This document shows, piece after piece, positions 46,273-55,521 of a stretch of DNA of 64,000 nucleotides; position 1 is the first letter of the stretch, and every line of letters starts with the position of its first letter. Source of the DNA: Candidatus Muproteobacteria bacterium (GTDB lineage: Bacteria; Pseudomonadota; Gammaproteobacteria; Acidiferrobacterales; SPGG2). The stretch covers positions 8,593-72,592 of the forward strand of contig QKEI01000055.1 in NCBI GenBank assembly GCA_003251795.1. Reading direction: 5' to 3'. The notes beneath the pieces were generated by a model that saw nothing but the letters and a program-made list of their open reading frames with translations, made no database searches and was not told the DNA's origin. Both the position numbers and the translations under genes were made by a program.

Positions 46273-47169
46273 TTAAGCTGCCTCCGTACAATACGGCCGC
46301 ACGTTTAGCTTGCGGCAAATGGCATAGGTGAGTGCGGCGCGGTTGAGTGTGTAGAAATGAAGAGCGGTAACACCTTCGGCAATAAGGTCTCGGGATAGGC
46401 GACACGCGGTCGATAGGGCGACTATGGCCCGCATTTCTGGTTCATGATCAAGACCGTGAAACCGTTCGGCGAGCCACGAGGGTACCGTAGCGCTGCAACG
46501 CTTGCTGAATTGCAGGACCTTCGCAAAATTTGTGATCGGGAGGATACCGGGAATAATCGGCACGTTGATACCCGCCTGCACAGCGCGGTCGCGAAAACGA
46601 AGAAAGGTTTCGACGTCAAAGAAATATTGCGTGATGAACCTACTCGCACCTGCATCGACCTTCCGCTTGAGATTGTCGAGATCTGCGCCCAGTGATTTCG
46701 AATCTGGGTGACCTTCCGGATACGCGGCGGCGGAAATGTCAAAGTCCGCAATGCGGCGCAATCCGGCAATCAAATCCGCGGCGTCGCGATAACCTTTGGG
46801 GTGTGGTACGAATGGCGCGCCCGGAACCGACATGTCGCCGCGCAGCGCCACTATACGACTAACGCCCGCACCCGCCCAGGCGCGGGCCAACTGATCGATT
46901 TCTGAGCGGGACGCGCCAACGCAGGTCAGATGGGTTGCCAGCGGGATATCTCGGCGGGCAAGCAAGGCACCTACTAAACGATGGCTACTGTCGCGTGTGC
47001 TACCACCAGCGCCATAGGTGAGCGACACGAACTGCGGCTCGAGCGGCACGAGACGGTTGATAGCATTCCAGAAAAACTGCTCGTTGACCGCGGGCGGAAA
47101 GAATTCGAACGAAACGGCAAGCGGCGCCGACGACGCCGGGTTTGGCAATGATCTGGGATGCTGGCGCAT
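46273..47169 (-). CDS. metF: Methylenetetrahydrofolate reductase (canonical MetF, copy 2)
   Basis: SFEFFPP, SLTYGAGGSTR, THLTCVG, ALRGD, AAYPEGHP, ITQYFFD and PGILPI. Confidence 0.9.
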   Translation of the reverse strand: MRQHPRSLPNPASSAPLAVSFEFFPPAVNEQFFWNAINRLVPLEPQFVSLTYGAGGSTRDSSHRLVGALLARRDIPLATHLTCVGASRSEIDQLARAWAGAGVSRIVALRGDMSVPGAPFVPHPKGYRDAADLIAGLRRIADFDISAAAYPEGHPDSKSLGADLDNLKRKVDAGASRFITQYFFDVETFLRFRDRAVQAGINVPIIPGILPITNFAKVLQFSKRCSATVPSWLAERFHGLDHEPEMRAIVALSTACRLSRDLIAEGVTALHFYTLNRAALTYAICRKLNVRPYCTEAA

Positions 47170-47194
47170 GGGTCGCTGATTTGCTTATATAACC

Positions 47195-47214
47195 ATATAA
47201 AGATCTTTTTATAT
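47195..47214. promoter_or_regulatory. Operator candidate ATATAA-AGATCTTT-TTATAT
   Basis: Perfect 6-bp inverted arms with an 8-bp spacer. One of three identical-architecture sites in the window. Confidence 0.6.
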
Positions 47215-47235
47215 CATCACCTGCAAGCAAGTCAA
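47208..47235 (-). promoter_or_regulatory. Sigma70-type promoter candidate for the metF (copy 2) operon
   Basis: On the minus strand it reads TTGACT-N16-TATAAA. The -10 element overlaps the ATATAA-N8-TTATAT operator, about 40 nt upstream of the metF ATG. Confidence 0.55.
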
Positions 47236-47535
47236 CCCCCGTTGCTTCCTCCCCAAGGTATCCGTCACTCTTTACACACATAAGGCACTGAAACGGTTAG
47301 GGTTTTCCGTCTACGTCGACTCCCTGCGCGTATTTTTGGGCGCCTGACTTGACCGTGACCGTACACTGGGCGTCGCTTTTGACACATCTACCAGGGTTTT
47401 ACGCCTGCCCGGGACATGGAAGCAGGACCCGCGCGGTCGTGCTGGATAACAGTGAGGATCTCCTGGCTATCGCCGCAGCTCAGATGATGGCGCCACCCAT
47501 CGACCATCAGCGGCGCGAGGGCCGCAGGACTGCGA

Positions 47536-48216
47536 TCAGCCGCAGAGCTTATCAGCCAGCGCCGCTAAATCGGTTACGACCAGATCAGGTTGTGGACCGA
47601 GCTCATCGAGTGGCTCGCCGGTGCGATTGATCCAAAATGTGGGGTAACCGTAATATTTGCCGCCCATCACATCGAATGAGTTGCCGGACACGAAACCGAT
47701 TTGTTCCTTTGTTAAGCCGAGGCGCTGGACCGCCAGATCGTAGGCGTCCCGACTGGGCTTGTAGACTTTGTACGGTTCGGCGCTGATGATCTCCTTGAAG
47801 TATTGTTGTACTCCGGCATGTTTTTGCGACGCTTCCACCATCCAACCCGACGCCATAGTCAATACGACAAGCGTATACTTGGCTGCCAACCGCTTCAGCG
47901 CCGCTGGCACCTCCGGAAACGGCGGCAGCACGAGGTCTGCCTTGATTAGCTGCTCGTGCAGCTCGGATGTGACCGCCAGCGAAAGAGATTTGCCGGCATA
48001 ACCTAGAGCGCGCTTGGTGAGCTCATCCCAGGTGACATAACGTTCCATCATGCCGCTCAAGAAACAATATTGCTTGAGAGTACTGAACCAAAGCCTGGCC
48101 AGCTCCTGACCGCGGCCCGGAAAGTGTTGTTCCATCACCTCGCCGACAGCGTGCTTATCGAACAGTGTGCCGTAGTGGTCGAAGGCGAGCGCCTTGATGT
48201 TGTTGTATGTCGTCAT
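47536..48216 (-). CDS. HAD-superfamily type II haloacid dehalogenase-like hydrolase
   Basis: Nucleophile motif FDHYGTLFD, the cap-region pattern and the C-terminal SGNSFDVMG. Confidence 0.75.
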   Translation of the reverse strand: MTTYNNIKALAFDHYGTLFDKHAVGEVMEQHFPGRGQELARLWFSTLKQYCFLSGMMERYVTWDELTKRALGYAGKSLSLAVTSELHEQLIKADLVLPPFPEVPAALKRLAAKYTLVVLTMASGWMVEASQKHAGVQQYFKEIISAEPYKVYKPSRDAYDLAVQRLGLTKEQIGFVSGNSFDVMGGKYYGYPTFWINRTGEPLDELGPQPDLVVTDLAALADKLCG

Positions 48217-48434
48217 TGCTATTACTCCTCCACCGTGGTCTACAGTCTACAGTGCACCTGTGCACGTCTCAAATAAGCCAATAACGTGTCTCGTTGACGT
48301 CGCATTTCGCCAATTCTGCGACGGCTCGTTGGATCATTTTTGAACATGGAGCTTATTGGAAATTTGAATTGGACTGACAAGACATTCTTTACGAATAATT
48401 CAGTCTGATGTCGTTCTCGCGGAGGACCTTGCAA

Positions 48435-48857
48435 ATGAAATCAATCAACCTATGGGCCAACGCAAACCGAGTCGTTACCGGTATGTACCGTAAGTGGCGC
48501 CAGCAAAGAGAGCAGCAACAGTCGCGAGATAAACTCGTGGGTCGCCCCGAGACAGCGGCTGATCAGCTCGCGGCGCAGGCTGGCAGGGCACCGGGATTGA
48601 GCGAGGTCATGCTCAGGCTTGGGTCGAATACCCGGCGCATGTTGAACGTTGCCGGTGTTAAGGCGTCGTCGAACCCCCAAGCCGTTACCCTGCTCGCAGA
48701 GATAGGTCAGGCGTGTGCGCATTGCCCCGATTGGGAACGCTGCAAACGCTGGCTCGAAGCAGGTGCAAGGGGTAAGGGCTACCTCGAGTTTTGTCCGAAT
48801 GCGGCAAGGTTCGCTCAGCTCAAGGCCGACGCGACGCGCAGCCAATCTACGGGCTGA
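48435..48857 (+). CDS. Small Cys-motif protein (DUF6455-like by recollection)
   Basis: CAHCPDWERCKRWL....FCPNAARFAQL pattern. GGAGG lies 9 nt upstream of the ATG at 48435. Confidence 0.45.
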   Translation: MKSINLWANANRVVTGMYRKWRQQREQQQSRDKLVGRPETAADQLAAQAGRAPGLSEVMLRLGSNTRRMLNVAGVKASSNPQAVTLLAEIGQACAHCPDWERCKRWLEAGARGKGYLEFCPNAARFAQLKADATRSQSTG

Positions 48858-48910
48858 GCTGGGTTTCGCGCAGGCCATCCTGTTGCCCCACCGCGGCACG
48901 CTAGCGAATG

Positions 48911-49810
48911 CTAAGAGCCGACACGCAGGCTAACACTCTCCTCTGCACCCTGTTGAAACGAGTCACCCCGGATGAAGCGCTCGCGGATCCGTTTCGAGAA
49001 GAAGTCGATAAAATAGACCACGATAATAATCATGATGATGATCAGACAGGCTCGGTCGAATTCGAACGCCCGTAAGGCATCGGACAGCTCAAAGCCGATG
49101 CCGCCGGCGCCGACGATGCCGAGGATGGTGGCGGCGCGGGTGTTAGACTCGAACATGTATAAAGCATTGCTTAACATCACCGGCAGCACCTGCGGCAGCA
49201 CACCGAAACGCACGACCTGATACCAGTTGCCGCCTGAGGCCCTGATTCCCTCGATCTGCCTGCGGTCGATGTTCTCAATCGCCTCCGAGTAGAGTTTGGT
49301 TAGCGTACCGGTGTCGACGATGGCGATCGCCATGATGCCGGGCAGCGGACCGAGCCCAATGGCGCGCACGAAAATCAGCGCCCAGATCAGGTAATCGGCG
49401 CTGCGCAGCACGTCGGAAAAACGGCGAAAACCGAACTGTAGTACCCGCACCGGAAACATATTCTTTGACGCGAGAAATCCCAACGGTATCGCGAACGTGG
49501 CACCGATGAGCGTGCCGAGGAAGGCCATCGCGAGCGTTTCCGCCATCGAGTGCAGGAACTGCGGCATGTATTGCCATCCCGCCGGTGGAAACAGTTGCCC
49601 CGCCATCACGCTGAGCTTGGTGAAGCCGTGAATGAAGCGCTGCGAGAAAAAGCCGAAGTGATACAAACCGTACAGCAAGATCAATGCCGTGCTACCCCAG
49701 ACCAGCCAACGCAGGGCCAGCTCGCGCGGCGTCGCCGAGAAAACGCGCGGGAAGCGTTCGCGCTCGACGCGCACGTCATCGGCAGTCAGATTTTCTAGTC
49801 TTACAGACAT
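48911..49810 (-). CDS. phnE: Phosphonate ABC transporter permease
   Basis: PhnE-like, six TM helices with an EAA-type loop (..EAIENID..QIEGIRASGG). Confidence 0.85.
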   Translation of the reverse strand: MSVRLENLTADDVRVERERFPRVFSATPRELALRWLVWGSTALILLYGLYHFGFFSQRFIHGFTKLSVMAGQLFPPAGWQYMPQFLHSMAETLAMAFLGTLIGATFAIPLGFLASKNMFPVRVLQFGFRRFSDVLRSADYLIWALIFVRAIGLGPLPGIMAIAIVDTGTLTKLYSEAIENIDRRQIEGIRASGGNWYQVVRFGVLPQVLPVMLSNALYMFESNTRAATILGIVGAGGIGFELSDALRAFEFDRACLIIIMIIIVVYFIDFFSKRIRERFIRGDSFQQGAEESVSLRVGS

Positions 49811-49821
49811 ACTTTTTCCTG

Positions 49822-50718
49822 TTACGAAACCAAGGTCTCTTTGCCGATCATGTAATGCCGTAGCCGCTCGCTCGCCATATCGATCAAGACCACCGCGGCA
49901 ATGACCATCAGCAGGATCGCGCCGACATCCTGGAAATACAGCAGCTTGACCGCATTGATCAGCTCGAAACCGATGCCACCGGCGCCAACGAAGCCGACCA
50001 CGGTGGCGCTACGCACGTTCAGCTCGAGACGCCAGAAGGTGTAGGAGATGAAGTTCGGCATCACTTGCGGCACGACGCCGAAGCGCATCTCCTCGAACCA
50101 GTTACCGCCGGCGGCGCGCACGCCCTCCAGCGGCTTGTCATCGATATTTTCATTGACTTCCGCAAACAGCTTGCCTGTCGCTCCGAGCGTATGGATGGTG
50201 ATGGCGAGCACGCCGGCTATCGGTCCCACGCCAAAGGGAAAGATGAAAAGCAACGCCCAAACGATGTCCGGCACCGTGCGCGCGATCTCAAGCACCCGGC
50301 GTGTAATAAAGTACACCCAATAGTTCTTCGCGAGATTCCGCGAGGCCATGAAGCTGAGCGCGCCGCCGATCACCGTGCCCATGAAGGTGGCGACGAAGGC
50401 CATCAGCACGCTGGTAAAAAGCTCCCGTAGCCACTTGCCGAATCCCCAATACCAGTCGGCGATATCGGCCCACAGGTTGGCCCAGGTGAGCGGCGGGAAC
50501 ATCTTGATGATGAAGCCCGAGGTTCGCGGAAAGCCACCGATCAGCACGGCGATATCGAAGCGGGTGGTGATGATCGACATGACGAGACAAGCAAGGAAGA
50601 CTACCCAGAAGACAACGACATACAGGCGCTTGCCGCGCAGATAGCGCGCACGCACCGCCTCAAAGCGGGCGACGACATCCTGGTTCGGTGATGTAAGTGC
50701 TTGCTGCGGTGTGCTCAA
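49822..50718 (-). CDS. phnE: Phosphonate ABC transporter permease
   Basis: Paralogue of the downstream permease (..EVNENIDDKPLEGVRAAGG). Confidence 0.85.
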   Translation of the reverse strand: MSTPQQALTSPNQDVVARFEAVRARYLRGKRLYVVVFWVVFLACLVMSIITTRFDIAVLIGGFPRTSGFIIKMFPPLTWANLWADIADWYWGFGKWLRELFTSVLMAFVATFMGTVIGGALSFMASRNLAKNYWVYFITRRVLEIARTVPDIVWALLFIFPFGVGPIAGVLAITIHTLGATGKLFAEVNENIDDKPLEGVRAAGGNWFEEMRFGVVPQVMPNFISYTFWRLELNVRSATVVGFVGAGGIGFELINAVKLLYFQDVGAILLMVIAAVVLIDMASERLRHYMIGKETLVS

Positions 50719-50835
50719 GTGCGTTTGTTGCCCGTGAACTTCAACCTATGCCACCACTCGACGGTCTGCCGCATGGATCAAAATAATGAAGCGAAGGCGC
50801 TGTGTCAGCGCCTTCGCTTCCAGTGCCACGACCCT

Positions 50836-51759
50836 TTAGCCCCCTTTCTTGCGTTGTTGTTTAAGCCACTGCTTGGCCTTGATGATGGGGATGTAGTCTT
50901 CGTGATAGACACGCTGCAAGCCTAGTGTCTTGCCCTGGGCCACTGCGTCGGCCGCTGCCTCGTTGACTCGTACCAGGCGGATGAACATCTTCTCGAGATC
51001 GGCCTTCATCTGCGGCGGCAGATCCGAGCGGATCACCACCGGTGGCGTCGGGATCATCGGTGAGGTCCAGATGACGCGGATCTGATCCCGTTTCAGCAGA
51101 CCCTTGTCGATCATCTTGCGGATGGCGCCGAAGCCGTCGCCTGGGGTGGTCCAGGTGAAACCACCGTCATAAGTACCGTTCAACACGCCGACGATGGTCT
51201 GCTGATGCCCGCCAGACAAAGGCGAATTGAAGTACTTGTCGACCGGCTTGCCCATCTCGGCGAATTCCACCGTGGGAACCGTGAAACCCGAGGTCGAGTG
51301 CGGGTCATTACGTGCCACCGTCTTTCCCTTCAAGTCCTCATAGCTCTTGTACGGGCTGTCGGCCTTGACAATCAGCACTGAGTTGTAACCCATGGCACCC
51401 TTGACATCCTGGGCGCCGACCAGCGGCTCCACGCACTTGCAATCGAGCCAGGTGGTGGCGTAGCTACTGGCACCCAACCAGCCGAGCTGTATCTGGCCGG
51501 TCGCGAGCGCGTTGACGATGCCGGCATACTCGGTCGCAGTGAATAGCTCCACCGGTACGCCGAGCTCCTTTTTGGCCTCTTTGAGGAAGACGTCCTGATT
51601 CTTCATCGTGTCGACCTGGGTCTCGACCGAGATGATGCCGTACTTGATCGTCGGAAACTTCTTGCGCCAGTCATCGGCTTTGGCCGTGAGTGCGCTTAAG
51701 GTCAGTACGGCGACCAGTGCAGCCAGCGGTACGGAAACAAACAAACGTCTAGTCAACAT
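50836..51759 (-). CDS. phnD: Phosphonate/phosphite-type periplasmic binding protein
   Basis: A signal peptide followed by the PhnD-family pattern (IKYGIISVE..., GQIQLGWLG). The ATG at 51759 has AAGGAGG upstream. Confidence 0.85.
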   Translation of the reverse strand: MLTRRLFVSVPLAALVAVLTLSALTAKADDWRKKFPTIKYGIISVETQVDTMKNQDVFLKEAKKELGVPVELFTATEYAGIVNALATGQIQLGWLGASSYATTWLDCKCVEPLVGAQDVKGAMGYNSVLIVKADSPYKSYEDLKGKTVARNDPHSTSGFTVPTVEFAEMGKPVDKYFNSPLSGGHQQTIVGVLNGTYDGGFTWTTPGDGFGAIRKMIDKGLLKRDQIRVIWTSPMIPTPPVVIRSDLPPQMKADLEKMFIRLVRVNEAAADAVAQGKTLGLQRVYHEDYIPIIKAKQWLKQQRKKGG

Positions 51760-51833
51760 AACATCCTCCTTCTCCACGTGGGTTGAGACTTATTTTATTT
51801 TCGCAAGACCTTGGAACCTCGCGTTCGTGCGCG

Positions 51834-52673
51834 CTACTGTCGCATTCTGCGTACATTGGTTGCTGTGTTCTTCTGCCCCAGCGAGGTCGAAGTGACGGCG
51901 ACGGAGAACTCCTCATCCTCGCCACCCTCGCCGACGCCATAGATGTCGCGTGCCAGCTCGTCCGTCAGTGCCATCGGATCGCCGTCGTAGACGACCTTAC
52001 CCATCTTCATGCCCACGAGGCGATCGCAGTATTTCTTGGCTGTGTCGAGCGTATGCAGGTTGCAGATTACGGTGATGCCGTCCTCCCGATTGATCCGGCG
52101 CAGCGCATCCATGACGATGCCGGCATTGCGCGGGTCGAGCGAGGCGATCGGCTCATCGGCCAGCATGATTTTGGGTTCCTGCACCAACGCGCGGGCGATG
52201 GCGACCCGTTGCTGCTGACCGCCGGAGAGCGTGTCCGCACGTTGCAGCGCCTGTGCGCTGACGTCAAGACGGTCGAGAGCGCGAATCGCGAGTGCGCGTT
52301 CTTCAGGGGAGAACAAAGTGAATAGGGACTTCAGCGTAGAATTGTAATTGATGCGCCCCATGAGCACGTTGCTGATGACGTTCAAGCGCGGTATCAAATT
52401 GAACTGCTGAAAGATCATCGCGCAGTGGGTGCGCCAATTAAGTAGCGCCCTTCCCTTCAATGCGTTGACGTCGACCGCGTCACCGTTCTCCTCAAACAAA
52501 ATGCTGCCGCTGGTCGCATCGCCAAGGCGGTTGATCATTCGCAACAAGGTGGATTTGCCGGCGCCGGAGCGGCCGATGATGCCCAGCATCTGCCCGGTCG
52601 GGACGTCGAGGGTGACATCGTCCACGGCGGTCAATACGCCGAACGTTTTGGTCAGGTTTTGCAGCCTTAGCAT
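51834..52673 (-). CDS. phnC: Phosphonate ABC transporter ATP-binding protein
   Basis: [27 protein letters not shown] and MLADEP. Confidence 0.9.
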   Translation of the reverse strand: MLRLQNLTKTFGVLTAVDDVTLDVPTGQMLGIIGRSGAGKSTLLRMINRLGDATSGSILFEENGDAVDVNALKGRALLNWRTHCAMIFQQFNLIPRLNVISNVLMGRINYNSTLKSLFTLFSPEERALAIRALDRLDVSAQALQRADTLSGGQQQRVAIARALVQEPKIMLADEPIASLDPRNAGIVMDALRRINREDGITVICNLHTLDTAKKYCDRLVGMKMGKVVYDGDPMALTDELARDIYGVGEGGEDEEFSVAVTSTSLGQKNTATNVRRMRQ

Positions 52674-52890
52674 TCGTCTCCCCGGTGGCTCCGATGTTTC
52701 ATTATTGTTATTGCTGCCATGGCTTCAATGCAGCCGTCATTGTAATTTAACTGTTCCACAGTTGTGGAAGAGTCACAACACTTTCACGACCTACGCTCAG
52801 GTGGTCAAGTGAAGCCTACTCATGCCTATTATGAGAAAAAGGTCATGTCCGACCAAGCCTTTGCGAGCATCGTGACATACGCTTGACCAT

Positions 52891-52910
52891 ATATAATAAC
52901 TTACTTATAT
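52891..52910. promoter_or_regulatory. Operator candidate ATATAA-TAACTTAC-TTATAT
   Basis: Same arms and spacing, ending 10 nt before the GTG of the ArsR-ArsC fusion. A TTGACC lies 16 nt upstream of the TTATAT arm, a possible -35/-10 pair. Confidence 0.55.
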
Positions 52911-52919
52911 TCGATCGTC

Positions 52920-53708
52920 GTGGCCCTGCTCCCACAGCAACTGTTTCCGATCTTGTCCGATAACACGCGGTTGCGCGTCTTGCTTCTCTTGGTGCGCGAA
53001 GGTGAGCTAACCGTGGGCGAGCTGGCGCACGCTCTGCGACTGGTCCAACCGAAAATATCGCGTCACCTTGCCGTGCTCAGGGAAAGCGGCATCATCGACG
53101 ATCGTCGCCACGGGCCGTGGGTGTTCTATCAGCTGTCGGCGAAACTGCCGCCCTGGGTGATGACCGTGCTCACCGCGGCGGCGGAGGCGACCACGGGTCA
53201 CCAGCAGCTACGCACGGACCGGACCACGCTGGCTGCGATGCACAACCGTCCCGGGGCCCGTTACCGCGTGTCGCGTCTGCTATTCCTGTGCTTCGGCAAC
53301 TCGTGTCGCTCACAAATGGCGGAAGGGTGGGCACGTCATCTCGGCAGCGAGCTGTTGGACGTACGGTCCGCCGGCATCGAGGCGCACGGCGTGAATCCGC
53401 GGACACTTGCGGTGATGCAGGAAGCCGGCATCGACATTTCGCGCCAGCAATGCACGCGCCTGACGCCACGGCAACTCACCTGGCCAGATATGGTGGTGAC
53501 GGTGTGTGACCACGCCGATGAGCACTTACTGTGGCTGCCGGTGCGGGCGCGCAAGGAGCATTGGCGGATCCGAGACCCGGCGGCAGCAAGCGGTTCGGAA
53601 GAAGTGATTATGAAAGCGTTTCGCGCGGCCCGCGACGACATTGGCAAGCGCGTGCACCACCTGCTCGGACGCATACAAAGCGCCAGTTCTGTGACAGAGT
53701 TACATTGA
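52920..53708 (+). CDS. ArsR HTH fused to an LMW-PTPase-type arsenate reductase (ArsC)
   Basis: N-terminal wHTH DNTRLRVLLLL...LTVGELAHALRLVQPKISRHLAVL. The C-terminal domain has the CX5R P-loop LFLCFGNSCRSQMAEGW. GTG start. Confidence 0.8.
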   Translation: MALLPQQLFPILSDNTRLRVLLLLVREGELTVGELAHALRLVQPKISRHLAVLRESGIIDDRRHGPWVFYQLSAKLPPWVMTVLTAAAEATTGHQQLRTDRTTLAAMHNRPGARYRVSRLLFLCFGNSCRSQMAEGWARHLGSELLDVRSAGIEAHGVNPRTLAVMQEAGIDISRQQCTRLTPRQLTWPDMVVTVCDHADEHLLWLPVRARKEHWRIRDPAAASGSEEVIMKAFRAARDDIGKRVHHLLGRIQSASSVTELH

Positions 53709-53743
53709 GCATCGGCAGTCTTATGTGCACGCCAGCCCGTGAC

Positions 53744-54316
53744 TCAATTGCGCATCAGGCGTTGCAAGAGCGCGCGGTAGTGCTCCCCAGGCGGGTTTTT
53801 CATTCCTGGCACCGTCGCTTGTTCGTCCCAGCGGCGTAGCGTTACCGCTTGCGCCGCGTAGGCTGTGGCCTCGAACGCCACTACCTCACTCGCCGTCATT
53901 GGCCCACCCTGCAGTGCCAGCGTATGCCGGGTGGTGGACGATAACTTGTCAAAATACTTCGGCTCGACCGCGCACAGGTAGCGCTTGGCGGCCACGTGCA
54001 AGCGTATCGGCTCGGTGATTTCCGGAGCAAAATAGGGCTGCAATAGCTGCGCGCCGGCCTGCTCGTGATGGCGATCGATGCGTCGTCTCAGCATTTGGCG
54101 GTGCTCGCTGGACGTGCGATGCCAGGGAAAGTCCGTGCCGAAGTGGCCGATATCATGCAGCAGCGCTGCCGCCACTAGCGTGTCCGCAGCTTGGGCATGC
54201 TCAGCCAGTGCCGCCGTTTGCAGCATATGCTCGACCATGGTGACGCCTGCGCTGCCATACGCTCGGCTACTAAGACGAGCAAACGCGTCAAACAGGAAAT
54301 CGATAATCGCTACCAT
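53744..54316 (-). CDS. phnZ: PhnZ-family HD-domain (mixed-valent di-iron) oxygenase
   Basis: VEHMLQTAALAE, AALLHDIGH, HEQAGA, IRLHVAAKRYLCAVEP and LRRWDE..., matching the phosphonate-operon-associated HD family as I recall it. The ATG at 54316 gives about 190 aa. Confidence 0.7.
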   Translation of the reverse strand: MVAIIDFLFDAFARLSSRAYGSAGVTMVEHMLQTAALAEHAQAADTLVAAALLHDIGHFGTDFPWHRTSSEHRQMLRRRIDRHHEQAGAQLLQPYFAPEITEPIRLHVAAKRYLCAVEPKYFDKLSSTTRHTLALQGGPMTASEVVAFEATAYAAQAVTLRRWDEQATVPGMKNPPGEHYRALLQRLMRN

Positions 54317-54330
54317 GCCGAACGTACAAC

Positions 54331-55314
54331 CTACAGGTCCAGCACCAGCATACGACTCTTGGCGCGTGAGCAACAGATCGTTAAATACTGGCTGTGCTCC
54401 TCGTCGTCCAATACCAGGTCGCGATGATCAGGTTCACCCGTCAGGTAGCGCGTCTTACAGGTCGCACACAGCCCCGCTTCGCAGGAGGTTTCGACTTCTA
54501 TGCCCTGTTCGCGCAATACCTCGACGATGCTCTTGTCATTGGGCACGTAATAGACCGCACCCGTGCTGGCAATCTTGATTTGAAACCCCAGGCCAACGGC
54601 ATCGTCGCCGACGTCGGCGGCCTCGTCTTTGGTGAGCGTTGCCTTAGGTGAAGCCGCCGCCGTGAAGTACTCGCAATGCACGCTACCCTTCGGCCAATGT
54701 GCCGAGGCCGCTTCTGTCGCCCGCATGAAGCCGACGGGACCGCAATAGTAGAGATGCGTGCCCGGTTCGTACGATTTCAGCAGTGCGGCGATATCGAGGC
54801 CCCTGCGTGGATCACCGCCGTCGTGATGCAGCAGCACTCTGCCTTCACTTGCCAGCGCAGCAAGCTCGGGGCGAAATGCCGTATGTTCCGGGGATTTGGT
54901 GCAATAATGCATGGTAAAGTCGGCGCCGATGCTCTGCAAGCGATACAGCATGGCCATCATCGGCGTGACACCGATGCCACCGGCCAGTAACAGGTGGTGC
55001 GTTGCCTCTTCATGCAATGGAAAGTTGTTGCGCGGTTGCCGCCCCACGGACACCGTTCGTTGGGTATGAACACGCTCGAACAAGGCCTGCGAGCCACCGC
55101 GGCCGTATTCTTCGCGCAGCACTGCGATCAGGTACCGATGGCGTTCGCTCGGGTCATTGCACAGCGAGTACTGCCGTACGCTGCCATCGCGGAAGTGGAA
55201 ATCGATGTGCGCACCTGCGGTAAATGTCGGCAGCGGCTTGCCTTCCGGGTGAACCAACTCATAGGAATTGATGTCGCGCGCCTGGTAGGTGACTTGGCGC
55301 ACCTGCAGGCGCAT
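54331..55314 (-). CDS. Phthalate-dioxygenase-reductase-type oxidoreductase (FNR-like flavin/NAD domains + C-terminal plant-type [2Fe-2S])
   Basis: RQYSL flavin motif, LLAGGIGVTPM NAD motif and C-terminal CEAGLCATCKT...C. The start is uncertain (ATG 55314 preferred). Confidence 0.8.
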   Translation of the reverse strand: MRLQVRQVTYQARDINSYELVHPEGKPLPTFTAGAHIDFHFRDGSVRQYSLCNDPSERHRYLIAVLREEYGRGGSQALFERVHTQRTVSVGRQPRNNFPLHEEATHHLLLAGGIGVTPMMAMLYRLQSIGADFTMHYCTKSPEHTAFRPELAALASEGRVLLHHDGGDPRRGLDIAALLKSYEPGTHLYYCGPVGFMRATEAASAHWPKGSVHCEYFTAAASPKATLTKDEAADVGDDAVGLGFQIKIASTGAVYYVPNDKSIVEVLREQGIEVETSCEAGLCATCKTRYLTGEPDHRDLVLDDEEHSQYLTICCSRAKSRMLVLDL

Positions 55315-55521
55315 GCCGGATTTCGGGTATCGCGTTTGTTCAGTCACTTTGTTGGATTGGTCAACGACAAGGGAGGGGGATTGTTTGGCAAGGCGGATTA
55401 AGCACCATCCGCAACGATGGTACACCAGGTCTAAAATGCGTCAAATTCATTTATCATATGAAAGTCATATGGATTCGGGATGTATTCGTACCCCTGTCTC
55501 TAAGCTGCCGGGACCAATGCG

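Noticed and set aside
48235-48270. GTCTACA GTCTACA tandem heptamer followed by GTGCAC-CT-GTGCAC, just upstream of the haloacid-dehalogenase start.
   Set aside because: It is short, there is no second copy in the window and no obvious regulator. It is possibly an operator, but there is insufficient evidence to call it.
50836-51759. The PhnD-like binding protein considered as the arsenite sensor AioX.
   Set aside because: It is embedded in a complete phnC-D-E-E ABC transporter operon, there are no aioS/aioR genes, and it lies about 29 kb from aioBA.
52754-52790. A TTCCACA-GT-TGTGGAA palindrome and TCAC repeats with 11-bp spacing in the phnC / arsR-arsC intergenic region, considered as a Pho box.
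   Set aside because: It does not match the CTGTCAT-N4-CTGTCAT consensus well, and its orientation and distance to either start are not convincing. It is left as an unassigned palindrome.
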